A stretch of 20,000 nucleotides of DNA from Mesotaenium endlicherianum. Taxonomy: Eukaryota. The DNA lies in assembly GCA_009602735.1 (NCBI GenBank), contig WELA01002119.1, positions 45,053 to 65,052 on the forward strand, written 5' to 3'. A program made the translations under genes and the position numbers. Under the pieces are notes generated by a model. It had not been told where the DNA came from. It worked only from the letters and a program-made list of their open reading frames with translations, and did not search any database. Positions 8,981 to 20,000 of this stretch are shown here, in pieces. Numbering within the stretch: the stretch's first letter is position 1; each line of letters starts with the position of its first letter.

Positions 8981-11569
8981 AATTGTAGCTATGATGCTTT
9001 TCAGGCGCCATCCACTTAAACCATGGCTTAAACCTCGGTCTTTCAATCTTCGAGCAATACCCCCATTCTAAGTCCACTTCTCATTCTAACCTAGATCCGA
9101 ATCACAGCATCTTTCTAAAATCCTCTTGTGCCACACAAGTTGGAATGAGGAAGTTTTCAATCTTGCCTCAAAATAGAATCAAACACTTTAAAGTCTTACA
9201 AAGCAATCACTATGGCACTTTTGCTCAACAAAATTATGAACAATCATAATAGAATGCAAATGGAAGTCATGACGCACTTGAGCACTTCCATTGCACATCA
9301 TGTAAACGACTTCTAACACTTCATGCCTTCATAAGACAATTTGGCTGGTAAACAAATCTTTCGCACTTTGACCATTGAAAATCGCTTTGCAACAACACAC
9401 ACACGGACAAAATATCCACTAAAAGTCGTTGTGTTTGATCAAACGTGTTGCTTCAAACTCAACAATTTGAATTGTTCATGACTCTCGCCCATCCCTTTTG
9501 TTTTTTCGTTTTGGGTTTTCAATGTTACAGCATAGTGTTGGCAAAACGTTCTTAGATTTGGACTAATCACAAATAATATCAATAACAACTAAAATGGAAT
9601 TGAAGATTAAGAAACTAAATTGACAATTTGTCGTTCAAGCGTGAAATTGATTTGGTGTCATTAACTTAAAGATAATATGAATTATTTTAAATATGGATGG
9701 ACTTGACTTGTACTTCACTTTTGGGATTGTGAACCCAAAAATTTAAAATCTAGGAAGGTTCTTAGAGAACATTGATGGCAAGAATCCGAGAGCACTTCCA
9801 ACCACTTGCTATTAGCTAGTAAGTTAGTAGAAGACCCTGCATATGTTGTACCACGCTATGGACCATTTTGAGGGTGTGTCCAACCTCTCCGTCTTCACTA
9901 GAACAAGGAAGGAGGACCAGGAGTTCAACTCTTTCCCTCCCTTTTTTGGGGCACATTGTGGTCTACAACAATAATACAAGTTCAGTCATGCACATCAGCA
10001 ATCTAGCAAGTATGCTACTGAGCATGCCCAATACTTGTGGCTATTGACTTCTAAATACACCAAAATACCTCATAATATCTCATGGTAGTACCTCACGAAA
10101 AAGTTTAAACTAACACTCCAAACCATATTTCACGTTCAAGACTAGATTGCACACTTGACATATTGTTGAACAAGTATCCTCCTAAAATCTAGCCGCGGCC
10201 ACTTTACGATGCTGGTCGTTGCTTTTCACGCAAACACCCTCTCTTTAGCCATGATATACGGTGGCAACTACTCCGCTTTTGCCTCACAATTGTTGAGTAT
10301 CTATAGCGGCTCCACCCAATGCGTGATCCCTTTTAAGTCCCTTATTAGACGAAGTGTAAGACGACTTGGTTGCAGCTATCAAGAGGAGGCCAAGCGCCTC
10401 GATGGCACATTGTGCCCTTCGAGTTCTTATACAAAACGAGGAAGAAGCCAAACCGTGGCGCTTCTCATCGTCACACTTGATTTGGCAGTGGCAAAGTCAA
10501 ACCTTGTTTTATGCGTTCATCAATTAAGTAATCAAGTAAACACCCACTTTAACTTATTTGTCCTATATTTAAAATGGTTCAAGGCGCGGCGCAAAACATC
10601 TCAAGTTTCTTGTTTTTGGGACTCCTGCTACTAATGCTCTCTTGGACCCTTCCAAGATTTTGAAATTGTGGATTTACAATCCAAAAAGTAGATAATAAAT
10701 GAAGATAAATTATACTTGAAAAAGTTCAAAATGTTCCTAGGACTAACGGCGCCAACAACACTTTCAAATAGCTTTCGCACGTTCATCCGCCAGATCGTCA
10801 GTTTTGTATAGAAGCGTCAATTGAATGTATTTGCTTTTATTCTTTTCGATTGGTCACTTGTCAATCTTGTTAAAAACCGTAAATATGATGTAGTCATTAT
10901 TTTTCTTTTTGTAATTGGTCCGAATCAAAGCATATGCTAATAACGTTATGTTGTAACCTTAAACAACAAAATATAATAAAGAAAGGACCGATTACAAGAG
11001 TTGTATACGATCAAAAAAGATTGATCTTGGTCTAAAATTTTTGATTGAACATACAAGGTTTTTACCTATCGTTTCCAAGTATGTTTGGTCGCAAAGCAAT
11101 CGCCGATTGTCGACGTTCAAACCGCAAATGAATTGTGGACCAATCAAACCTTTTTTACCCATATTACAAATAGATCGGAAGTAAAGTGTTTGACTGGGTC
11201 AAATTTTGACGACTAACCACTCCGGCCTCCATTTCAAAAATTTGTGAAAGCAGTGCGTCACTACGTCAAGAATATCAACCAACAAAGGGTTTGAGCATTC
11301 TGTCAAGGGGTAGGGTTCAAGGATTCCACCCAGGGGTTGGGTTGATGAATTTTGCATAGGTCCGGGATTCAAAAGTTGCTCTTGCTTAGATTTTATTTTT
11401 ACCCAATTGAGGTTTAGCGCACCCGCATCAAACCTTCGTAAAAACACCAAGGTCTTTCACTCGTGATCAAATCCAACACGTTGATCAAACACTAGGCCAT
11501 CGCGTTTGATCATTTGAAGGGGAACTTGAATTTGATAATTCATTCACTTAAAGACGACTTTTTGACACT

Positions 11570-12810
11570 AGAAAGGCTGTCAATGAAGTTTAATATTTTG
11601 TTTTCAATTATGGTTTTCAAAATTTGGAGATTGAACAGCATTGGGTGCTCTAACCAGCCGTTTTATTCCATCAATCCTCTCTACTGGGAGTAGTATCCCA
11701 ATCAAAATTTTGCATTAGGAATCCCACAGTGAGTTCGTGTGAATGCCCCATCGGCGCCCAGACCCAATCGCAACACCAAGTATGTCGATCAATTTTTTCC
11801 GTCTCACCACTTAAGCAATTGAAAGTGCCTTTGCATGGAAAAGAATAGATTATTGTCACAATGTTATGTACAACTTTGGACCATTCATGCTTGCTATTAT
11901 TCAAAGTTTTATTGAATTGGTGTAGTGATTTGAGTTATTATATATTAGTTTGCATATATTTCAATGTTTTCAAATATATTTGGAGTAGTATTGTGTGGAT
12001 TCAAGTGTGAATAGGTACTCTAGTGACTTGGTTCATGTCCTTTGAACCTTTTAAGGCATTTTCGAAGTTAGAGGAAAGACCTAGAAGAACTCCACGTGGC
12101 AAAAGTCAAATGTGCCATTTTTAGGTCAAAAGGACATGTGTACATTATTCTAGAAAGAGGTGGCAAGTTTTGGGATGTGTTGGGTGCCAACACATCAACA
12201 TACACCTTCCTAGAAATTACTTATTTAGCAAGTATATAAACAAGAGCTAGAACATAGAAAGATTCGAGAATCACTCTTGTACTTGCCAAAATCCAGAAAT
12301 ATATTAACTTTCAAGAAGCCATCTATCTTTCAAGAAGCTACCACTTGTGTTCAAAGATCCTTGTCTTGAATAGATAAAGTATTATATTTCACTAAGTACT
12401 TCATCTATCTGTTTCACTACAATTGGCCACCAAGTCCAAGTCTTGGTGACATAACACAATTGTATATATCTTCTGAATGTTAGTTATACGCAAAGATTAC
12501 TTTTTTCTTACTGTGATAAAACAGATGTTGCTTGGTCCATTGTTACCATTGTGGTAATGAAACCCTCCATTTCCTTGTTTGATTGGGTGGCAAATGTTGC
12601 CGACACATACTTCTATGCACTTTACCAACCCACTTCATTTGATTTTTTTTCAATATTATCTTTCTGCTTTGCAAATTCAGTTGATTGGCTTCTTTTATTG
12701 TTGACCAGTTTGTGTAAGATGCGTTGTCCTCAAATGAAGGTCAAAAGAAGTCGCAGAGAACATAGACCCGCTTTAAATAGTGTCCAGATATACATTTTTC
12801 GTCGATTCGG
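11570..12810 (-). mobile_element. Decayed pogo/Tigger-like (Tc1/mariner superfamily, DDE_1) transposase relic, interrupted by an insertion
   Basis: Removing 11863-12460 gives one minus-strand frame: SEDIYNCDNNLFFSMQ...DGKN*STYLVLRLGLGADG...GYYSQ*RGLME*NGWLEH...NKILNFIDSLSS. This parallels the pogo consensus IYNxDETGLF...ANADG...YY..kkaWM...WL...KILLxxDN in the correct order, with several in-frame stops. Boundaries are approximate and the recognition is by eye only. Confidence 0.6.
11862..12456 (+). mobile_element. Solo-LTR-like insertion (~595 bp)
   Basis: Ends TGTTATGT...ACATAACA form a perfect 8-bp inverted repeat with TG..CA termini. The direct repeat CACAAT spans both junctions (11857-11862, 12455-12460). 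Internal TATATAAA at 12233-12240 and no ORF. Its removal restores the IYNCD motif of the host transposase. Confidence 0.6.
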
Positions 12811-13573
12811 GCCTCCAAATATTTTGGTAGGAATCTATCATCACATAGTTGGAGCACGCAGAAATCATAGGATATAACATTCTTCACAAAAACGTGAATC
12901 TTCTCAAAGACATTGGCGTCTATCATTAAGCTTATAAACAGCCCTTGCTTATGTGCAAAACCTTTGAGCTAAAACAGTCCCAACTTACGAGATACTACGA
13001 AGCAAACACCTAGCACAGAGCTCATGGGTGCTATATTAACACTGCTTTAAACGAGAAACTATCCCCAATTGAGAACTTTCTGCAGAAAAAGCATGCCTTA
13101 GCCAAGGCAAGCACACATGCACTATAAGATGTCGTGCTATTATGCACAGCTGTCTCAAATTGCATTTCCTCTATATGCTGGCTAATTACAAATGCTGTGT
13201 TGCGAACTCATGCTGCTGCATACAGCTTCATGACCAAAGTGTCTGCTGGTGCACAATCTACATTGACAAAATTGTGACTGAACCTCCATGACACCATCTA
13301 AAGAGATGCCTCAAGGAGCCTTTCAATACACTCGAAAGTTTTTCAGCATAGTACTCCAATTGCAGGGGTACCATCTGACTTGTAAATCTTGGCCAACCCA
13401 AACACATTCTCAAACTCCATCAACACACCCAGGAGTGAACTCTATTTTCAGGTGGAGACCAGCCGCAACCAATTCCAATGTCTGAAGGATGATGGTGCAG
13501 GAGAAAGCGTCAATCTTTCCACTTCAACTCCTCTCCACCAGCAAACGTTCCATCTACATAGAGCACCTCGTCA

Positions 13574-13772
13574 TCACTCATTGAAGGCAAGCTTTGCCAT
13601 GTGCTCTTTGGTCGGGTAGCGAACTTTGGTGGCCAGACCCAGAGTCTCCAACAACCTCACAGTGTACCAGGTGGGATCAAACTGCCACCACTCAAGACCG
13701 TGACGGGCTGAGTACTCAAAGGCATGATGGTTGTTGTGCCAACCTTCGCCAAAAGCTAACAACGCGACCCAC
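13574..13772 (-). CDS. ADS/FAD5-like desaturase exon 6 (WVALLAFGEGWHNNHHAF...LAFNE*)
   Basis: Acceptor TTGCAG; His box 3; stop TGA at 13576-13574. Confidence 0.95.
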
Positions 13773-16700
13773 CTGCAAATGTAAAGGCGAGGATTAGGCC
13801 GTGAACCACCACGATTCCACAAAGCATGACCCGCAAAACGCCAACTGAGGATTTCTCCTTCAATGACACCAATGAACCCAAAAATTTGATGATTGACAAC
13901 ATGCAATATACCATTCCAACACCCAGCCGTAGCCAATCTTGAAAGTGCCCGAACATTTCTATCCTTGTAGACACTACATAAAGGTCTTTTAATTGTGTGT
14001 TATTATAACTCAGCACACCAAGAAGACAGCAGATGGGTCTTGTTCTAACTTGGCACACAAAGAAGGACGTGGAGGTCAAGGAACTTCATCCCAGCACAGG
14101 GCACATACCAGTTATTGCGGGATAGATCACCAGTGTTCCACGATTGTGTTCCCCAAACATGGGCCGCAGAGTTGACAGCCCATGTAATATGATACACCCA
14201 CACGGCTCGGACGGCCTGCAAACCCAGACAATATGATGAATTAAGACAAACCAATCCCATCTTCCTTCAGCCACAACTGACATCTTACTATGATACTAGC
14301 ATGCCACATTAGAACCCATTAAAATTGTGTGGCTTAAGCCGTTATGAAAGAAACACAAGATATTCAGTTTCAAGTGTACAAGTATCAAATGCCAACTCAA
14401 GGGTGGTGTAAATCTATCTAAAGTTCACAAAGCAACATTGCTGACAGTCCTAATTTCACCAAGTCAAGTTCATGAAGCATATAGCAACTTAGGAAGTTCC
14501 AGGGGCGGTTACTCACAAATCCCCACACGAGAAAGGGAAATCCACCCAAGGCAAACAAGGCTGCTGCAGAGCCGACGACGTGAAATGCATACGTCTTCTC
14601 GATGAATTTATAGAAAGGGTCATTTGACATGTCCGCCACATTTCCTCTTGCTCCCGCCTGCAAAATCCCAACAGAAGCTCTTTGTCACATGATAACTCTA
14701 ACTCCCCTCCCTTCGACATAGCTGCTCTCATCAAATTGAACTCCCTTACTGCCGTAAATACTATCCCAGCCCAGCAGAGTGACACAATGTTTGCACTAGT
14801 GTTGCAAGTACATTGCTCTACAGTAACCCAAAGCCACCTCATATATTAACAGATTAGTCATTATTAAGGAACATAAGCTGTATTGCAACCAGTCACGCCA
14901 AACCTTGTAAATAGCAGATATCTTAGTACCCAGTCAAAAGGATGACACCGGGACACCTTAGATAGTTGAACCTCACCACACAGCATAGATTCTTAGCACT
15001 TCTGACCCTTGACACAAAAGACCACAAAGGATCCCCTGCAACACACTCATGGTGTCTGAAAGAGGGCCTTGTTTGAATTGAAAAACATACCCTTTCAGCT
15101 GTGATCTGATCATCGAGGAGCCAACCCATGTGGCTGTGCCAGAAGCCCTCATGAGGCGTATGGGGGTCCAGGGGTGTGTCACAGTGTTGGTGATGATACC
15201 TGTGTGCACTCACCCATTCAATAGGGTCGCCCTGCAATTCAGACATGCAAGAATTATTCTGCCATCAGAATGCGACATGTAAATGCTAAAGACTTTATAA
15301 TATGTATTCACTTGAGCTATTGGCCAACCTCTTATGAAACAAGTAGTGTCATCGTGCAGCAATTTTTTCACCTGTTGCTTAATGTCACAACACAATAAGC
15401 AAGTCCTCACGAACAGCTACACACCATCTTATAAGACAGGACAACTTCACCACGTCATGTGCATCCGTTTGACCTAGCCACTCTTCACATTACAACTTCC
15501 TCCAGTGTGTTACATCCCCTTGACATCATTACCAGAAACAATATAAAAAGATATTTAGTTTATTCCCCTTTAGCACCTACTTACCAAGCCTACTTGTTCT
15601 TCAAGGCAGTCGTTGTCTCACTCTCAACACTAGAAACATACACTAGAGTCATTGATCGATTCTTAGGAATGTATTAACCAACTAACCAGCAGAACTCAAC
15701 AAAACATTGAGGCAAAAACGTTGAGCACACCTTCCATGCAACTTTCATGAGATCAACTTCGATATCTTACCTGTACAGCAAGAATGCCACAGTATGCAAA
15801 GACATACTCAAGCCACTTCGGAGTCTTAAAACTCTTGTGAGAAAGTTGTCTGTGGTAAGAGAGAGTGATTCCCAGCATGCCTGCATCAAATAATTAGAAG
15901 CGATGCACCACATCAATGTCATTATCTCTACTTCTATGTGCAACCCAAACATTAATGCGCTAGAATAAAATCAGCAGCATTTACTTAAAAATAGCCCTGT
16001 CCACCATACAGTTTACTTGATATCACCACAGAGCCAACGATATTATAGCCGACAAATCTGTATACTAAAATTAATTCACGGGACTTTTAACTTGCATCGT
16101 TTTCCCTAACAACCACTTCGTTTGGACTAAAAGTTGCCCAACATCAACGTTCAAGCCTTCTGCCCGCACCAATGACTGGACGAAAAGGATAGACCATAGT
16201 GACCAGCTAGTTTCGTCCACGAAGTCATGTTTCAGAGGCTCAGCAAGCGGGATCAAGGAGCCTTCACTCACCGGTAAGGACATACATGCCCGCAAAGCAA
16301 CCAAAGGCACTCCACGAGAACGTGAAGGGGGCGGCCAAGCAGAGGGTATGGACAAGTGTCATGTATGCTGCATACGATATGTCCTTCTTGGTGTACTTTC
16401 TATTCAGAAAGTATGGGCGCTTCTTCCTGGTTACAACATCTGACAGCCAAACCTGGAAGCCTGGGGTCGAAGATTGATCTACTTCAGCTGGTCTCACGTT
16501 CTCGAGAACACTTTGTACAGGACTGCAACGGGCACTCTGACCCAAGGTTATCCTTCTCGAAACTGTAGGCAACTTACTCCCAAAAATTTCATAAGCGAGA
16601 GTGCTACAGCTTGTTTTTCGAGAGGCAGATATCCTGGGAGAAATCGCCGAGATGAACGAGACACTTGGGGATGATCTGGCACCTAGGCTGTAAGCCTCTG

Positions 16701-16785
16701 TTTTTCTGAGATCTTGCTGACATGCAGCAGAGGTGCTAACAAAACCGGTTCTGCAAGCAGCAGCTGCTCCTAGGACTGTCGCCAT
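13574..16785 (-). CDS. FAD5: Acyl-lipid (Delta9-like/ADS family) membrane fatty acid desaturase, probably plastid palmitoyl-MGDG Delta7-desaturase (FAD5/ADS3-like): complement(join(13574..13772,14109..14215,14517..14657,15091..15231,15771..15880,16272..16785))
   Basis: Six GT-AG exons give 1212 nt (403 aa plus TGA). Three His boxes (HRQLSH, HRYHH, HNNHH within GEGWHNNHHAF) plus DPHTP.EGFW and SARHGLEWWQFDPTW. The Ser/Ala/Arg-rich N-terminal ~90-100 aa resembles a transit peptide. The family call is firm; the FAD5 symbol and Delta7 specificity are inference. Confidence 0.93.
14109..14215 (-). CDS. ADS/FAD5-like desaturase exon 5 (AVRAVWVYHITWAVNSAAHVWG...SRNN)
   Basis: Acceptor TTGCAG, donor TG|GTATGT; 107 nt. 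Confidence 0.95.
14517..14657 (-). CDS. ADS/FAD5-like desaturase exon 4 (AGARGNVADMSNDPFY...FLVWGF)
   Basis: Acceptor TTGCAG, donor TTT|GTGAGT; 141 nt. Confidence 0.94.
15091..15231 (-). CDS. ADS/FAD5-like desaturase exon 3 (GDPIEWVSAHRYHH...ITAER)
   Basis: Acceptor TTGCAG, donor AGG|GTATGT; His box 2; 141 nt. Confidence 0.95.
15771..15880 (-). CDS. ADS/FAD5-like desaturase exon 2 (GMLGITLSYHRQLSHKSFKTPKWLEYVFAYCGILAVQ)
   Basis: Acceptor ATGCAG, donor CAG|GTAAGA; His box 1. The ORF track shows a different frame here. Confidence 0.95.
16272..16785 (-). CDS. ADS/FAD5-like desaturase exon 1 (putative transit peptide + first TM region)
   Basis: ATG at 16785; donor ACCG|GTGAGT; 514 nt. Confidence 0.9.
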
Positions 16786-18918
16786 GACAGACTATCACAG
16801 AAGTCGAGGATCACCAAGATTAAGAAGATCCAACCTTCTCCTGGTACCTAGCTTCTTCCCCCAAGAATCCGCTGTTGCAGGTGAATGAAAGAAGGATATC
16901 GAACACCTAGCTTCTACCAAACTCAGAGGAGGAAAGTGCCTTTCGACAGACACTTTAGTAGCTGCTAAAGTCGCACACAGCTGCACTAGCCGCAGCGATC
17001 GAGAATTAGAAGAGGACACTATCAGAGTTAGAGTGTAGTGCAGAGTGTATATTGAAGCCCCGACGCCTAGGATGCACGGCTGATTGCCAAAAGCGGATCT
17101 TGTTCCCAACTTGCTGTGAGCTCGACCGTCAACAGCCCCAGTGAGCGGAGTGAAACGGAGAAACTTGTCTAGTATGTGGATCAATGCCGATTGAAGATAA
17201 AGAAGCGTGAGAGGAAGATCCCGACCGGCCAAATATTGCAGGTGATTGCAGCTAGCGGAGGGACCTCTGAAACGAGATCGCAAACTGCAGAAGTCTTGGA
17301 CTGAAGCTGGAACATACAAACGCACACGTTAATATATTTGCCCCATACGGACGGGCATCGATGTGCTTGGTGTTCTGCCAGAAACCGCGGAAACAAGTGA
17401 CCCAGATCTGAGGCTTTTTCGGGGCTCACGCAGGCTCACCGAGCATCGGAGGCAGCAGGAGCGAGCCACAGCGCGGACGAGAGGATGGAACAGCATGGAA
17501 GGATCTTCGTGCGGACATGCTGAAGTCGATGACACGACGGCATTGTCATCCAGCTCGCCCCTACATGTGTGCTTCTTTAGAAGTCGGGTCCATTCGCGCA
17601 TGTAGCGGGCAGCAGGCTGCTTCCTAATCACGCGAGCTCCACAATATAGGAGCAAAATGAAACAAGTTTCGAAAAAAAAGGAGACTGCACATGTAACCAC
17701 ATGTGACCCCTTATTTTTGTACAAGGTGTCTACCAAATTGTTTGATGCGTAAAGTGATATTCCGTAAATATCTACATGATCTGGCCCGATCTGTCTTCAG
17801 TACTGATCAGCCTGGATCAGCCTTCATAACCAGCACAACAGATCGAGAGGTCCTTTCTAGGCCCTAAGTGACCCTCGGTGGGCCCCGACTACGAGTAGGA
17901 TCCACGAAAAATCCATCCCATTCATCATGGATGGTCAACTCATCGTAAACGATCCTCCGAATCTGCTTGGGTCAGCTCATGATTGTCGACGAAGTTGGAC
18001 ACTCGAAGTGGTAAAATTGGTCTCGTCAATTGTGAACAATTGTGAAGGTGGGTGAAAATTGAAAAGCTATAAAAGCCTGGTGAAAATTGACCATCATTGA
18101 CGGTCACTGTTTGATCGGCATCTCTTTCATTCTTATAGCGACCCCCTTGTAGCGACTTTTGGATGGTGGCGCTAAATAATGACTTCTTGAACGGCGTGGC
18201 TTATATAGAGTGAGATCGTATGATATTCCGGGAAATTATATTACATGCTTTCAGAAAGGGGCCACAAGCAGATTATACGCGACACTCGATGAACGAGCAA
18301 AACAAAACACGTGATTGGAACACATCAACACTTCATCGGCGGCTTAGTGATAACTTAATGACACAAGGAGGGATTTTTCAAACTTGGTGGCTATGCCTTC
18401 ATGTTGAGACCCGAGAAGCTAATAAGATTCTCTAGGGGCATGCATTTTTGTTCTGCGCTGGCCATGTTCTTCACAAAGAACAAGTAGTTTGCGTGCGTCT
18501 TTGCGCCAGTTGACAACCAGCACTTCATCTTAAAGCTTAAGGAATGCCTAACGTTATGTTTGACCAATCTCTGCGTGGTAAGTCTAATATCCTCTGTGCT
18601 TTCAAGCTCTATAATGAGATCTTGACCCAAGTATCTCCCCTTGGCGATTTCTTAAAGACAATCTGTACACAAGGATCTCCTAGTTGCTCGAGTCAGCTCT
18701 ATATGAATAACTTTCTACTGAATAGCTCAAGTAGTATAACATTGTATCTCACTGCAGACCTTCTTCATAAACTACTTACATTTGAGAGTGTCATTCCTAT
18801 GCTATCTCCTTTTAATACACCAAGTAATGTACTTGAATATATAACTAGTATAGTACATACTAATGTGCTCGATGTTGGAGCGCCAAGCCAACTACTTGCT
18901 AAACAAGCAGCTGCTAAT

Positions 18919-19416
18919 CTAAAACATGTCTTCTGCGTTGTTGCCATACATGAGGTGAGTGCGTTGCACTCTAATTGCCCCCTTAAGCCAAGGACAAGCT
19001 TTCTGACCCGCACCTTCGTTTCCAACGGGCCCACTTCCCCCCATACTGCTACTGCTAGTACCGATACCTTCTTCTATCAAACTCCAGGGGTCCACCTCTA
19101 GCTCTACATCTAGGTTGTTCTGAGGCAGGCTCCTCTGGGGGGAGCTGAGACCGCTACCGCTCAGGGAGGGTGTGAGCTGCAATTTGGACTGCGGGCCCGC
19201 CGGTGGTGGCGCTGAGATGGATGCTGACGAGGCCAAGCTGCCCTTCTGCCGCAACGACGACGCAGCAGGGCGGGCTTGCATGGCCGCCATGGCTGCAGGG
19301 GGGACGGTGGGCGGCGCGGCCGAGATGCTGACTGTTGGCTGAGGTGGCAGGCATGGAAGGGCGGCTTGGATGCGATCGTGGAGTAAGCTCTCCAGCCTGG
19401 CGTGCTCCAGGTAAGC
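18919..19416 (-). CDS. MED12: Mediator complex subunit 12 (plant MED12/CCT/CRP-like), terminal coding exon; upstream exons lie right of the window
   Basis: Acceptor CTTCTGTTGTGCTCGACAG|GCT at 19417/19416 opens a 165-aa frame: AYLEHARLESLLHDRIQAALPCLPP...EVDPWSLIEEG...ACPWLKGAIRVQRTHLMYG...*. This matches, from memory, the plant MED12 C-terminus (RIQAAMP; EIDPWTLLEDG; WLKGAVRVRRTDLTY). Confidence 0.85.
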   Translation of the reverse strand, partial: AYLEHARLESLLHDRIQAALPCLPPQPTVSISAAPPTVPPAAMAAMQARPAASSLRQKGSLASSASISAPPPAGPQSKLQLTPSLSGSGLSSPQRSLPQNNLDVELEVDPWSLIEEGIGTSSSSMGGSGPVGNEGAGQKACPWLKGAIRVQRTHLMYGNNAEDMF

Positions 19417-20000
19417 CTGTCGAGCACAACAGAAGGAAGTCAGAGTTATAACATGTTGGCTGACTCTTCACAACCCAAAAACGAAAACCGTGACCTCTCC
19501 TAGGTCATCTACAAGAAGCCGCCTCCGCCAGGACAGGTCTACACGCCAGCTGGAAGGAGGAGGGATGCTGGCTCCTCAAAAGCAGCACCGCATGGGCGGC
19601 TCGCTGGAGCCCCCAAAGAGCAGTCGCTGAGGCCGGCGACAACTACGATTCCTTCTGTGGGGGTGGGTGGGACTCTTTGTGGCAATGCAAAATTTGGCAA
19701 AAGAAAGAAGTAGCCTTCACAGTAAGTGCTGTGTGGACCAAAGAAGCAGGGAAGAGAATATTCCCAAAGCAAGGACCCAAGCAAGAGAGAGACACCCCCT
19801 GCAGCACCAGCATGCACAAAGACAAGCGGGTATATCTGCCACGTTTCGGCATCGCCTTTCGCACCCAGAAGCTGACAGCGCCCCCATCAAAGGGAGCATG
19901 CACACCAGGGTTTTTTTGACCGAAAGGCACACGGCACACACGCACACATACAATTTGAACATGTACCCACCCACCCACCCAAATAAACCCCTACCCCCCC

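Noticed and set aside
10209..10634. 141-aa plus-strand ORF in the AT-rich island
   Set aside because: No recognisable domain or splice structure; probably chance or TE debris.
11470..11570. Third catalytic Asp of the pogo relic (IIKFKFP...FDQRV, about 31 codons after the second Asp)
   Set aside because: It requires a frameshift and overlaps the inverted-repeat motif that may belong to a different element; too weak to claim.
16795..17325. 176-codon ORF immediately upstream of the desaturase as a uORF or separate gene
   Set aside because: It has a non-ATG start and no recognisable motif; likely 5' UTR or promoter sequence.
18544..19101. 185-aa plus-strand ORF
   Set aside because: It is antisense to the MED12 terminal exon and 3' UTR, with no recognisable domain.
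1508..19416. DRG2, desaturase and MED12 as a functional gene cluster
   Set aside because: They are co-oriented but functionally unrelated (translation, lipid desaturation, transcription) and separated by TE debris; no evidence of a shared system.

Overview
Eukaryotic, intron-rich genomic DNA of a green plant. The proteins are land-plant-like and the introns are GC-rich and full of microsatellites, so a streptophyte alga is a plausible but unproven source. Three spliced genes lie on the minus strand. (1) A DRG2-type developmentally regulated GTPase has 9 exons visible (8398->1508, 311 codons); its C-terminal exon(s) lie in the N-gap or left of the window. (2) A complete 6-exon, probably plastid-targeted ADS/FAD5-type acyl-lipid desaturase (16785->13574, 403 aa). 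(3) The terminal coding exon of a plant MED12-like Mediator subunit (19416->18919). The AT-rich interval at about 8.8-12.9 kb appears to be nested transposon debris. It holds a decayed pogo/Tigger-like DDE transposase split inside its IYNCD catalytic motif by a ~0.6 kb LTR-like insert, a 5x TCCGTCGGTT array, and a distant inverted repeat. I found no convincing novel multi-gene system. Most ORFs in the supplied track are antisense, intronic or N-gap artefacts.
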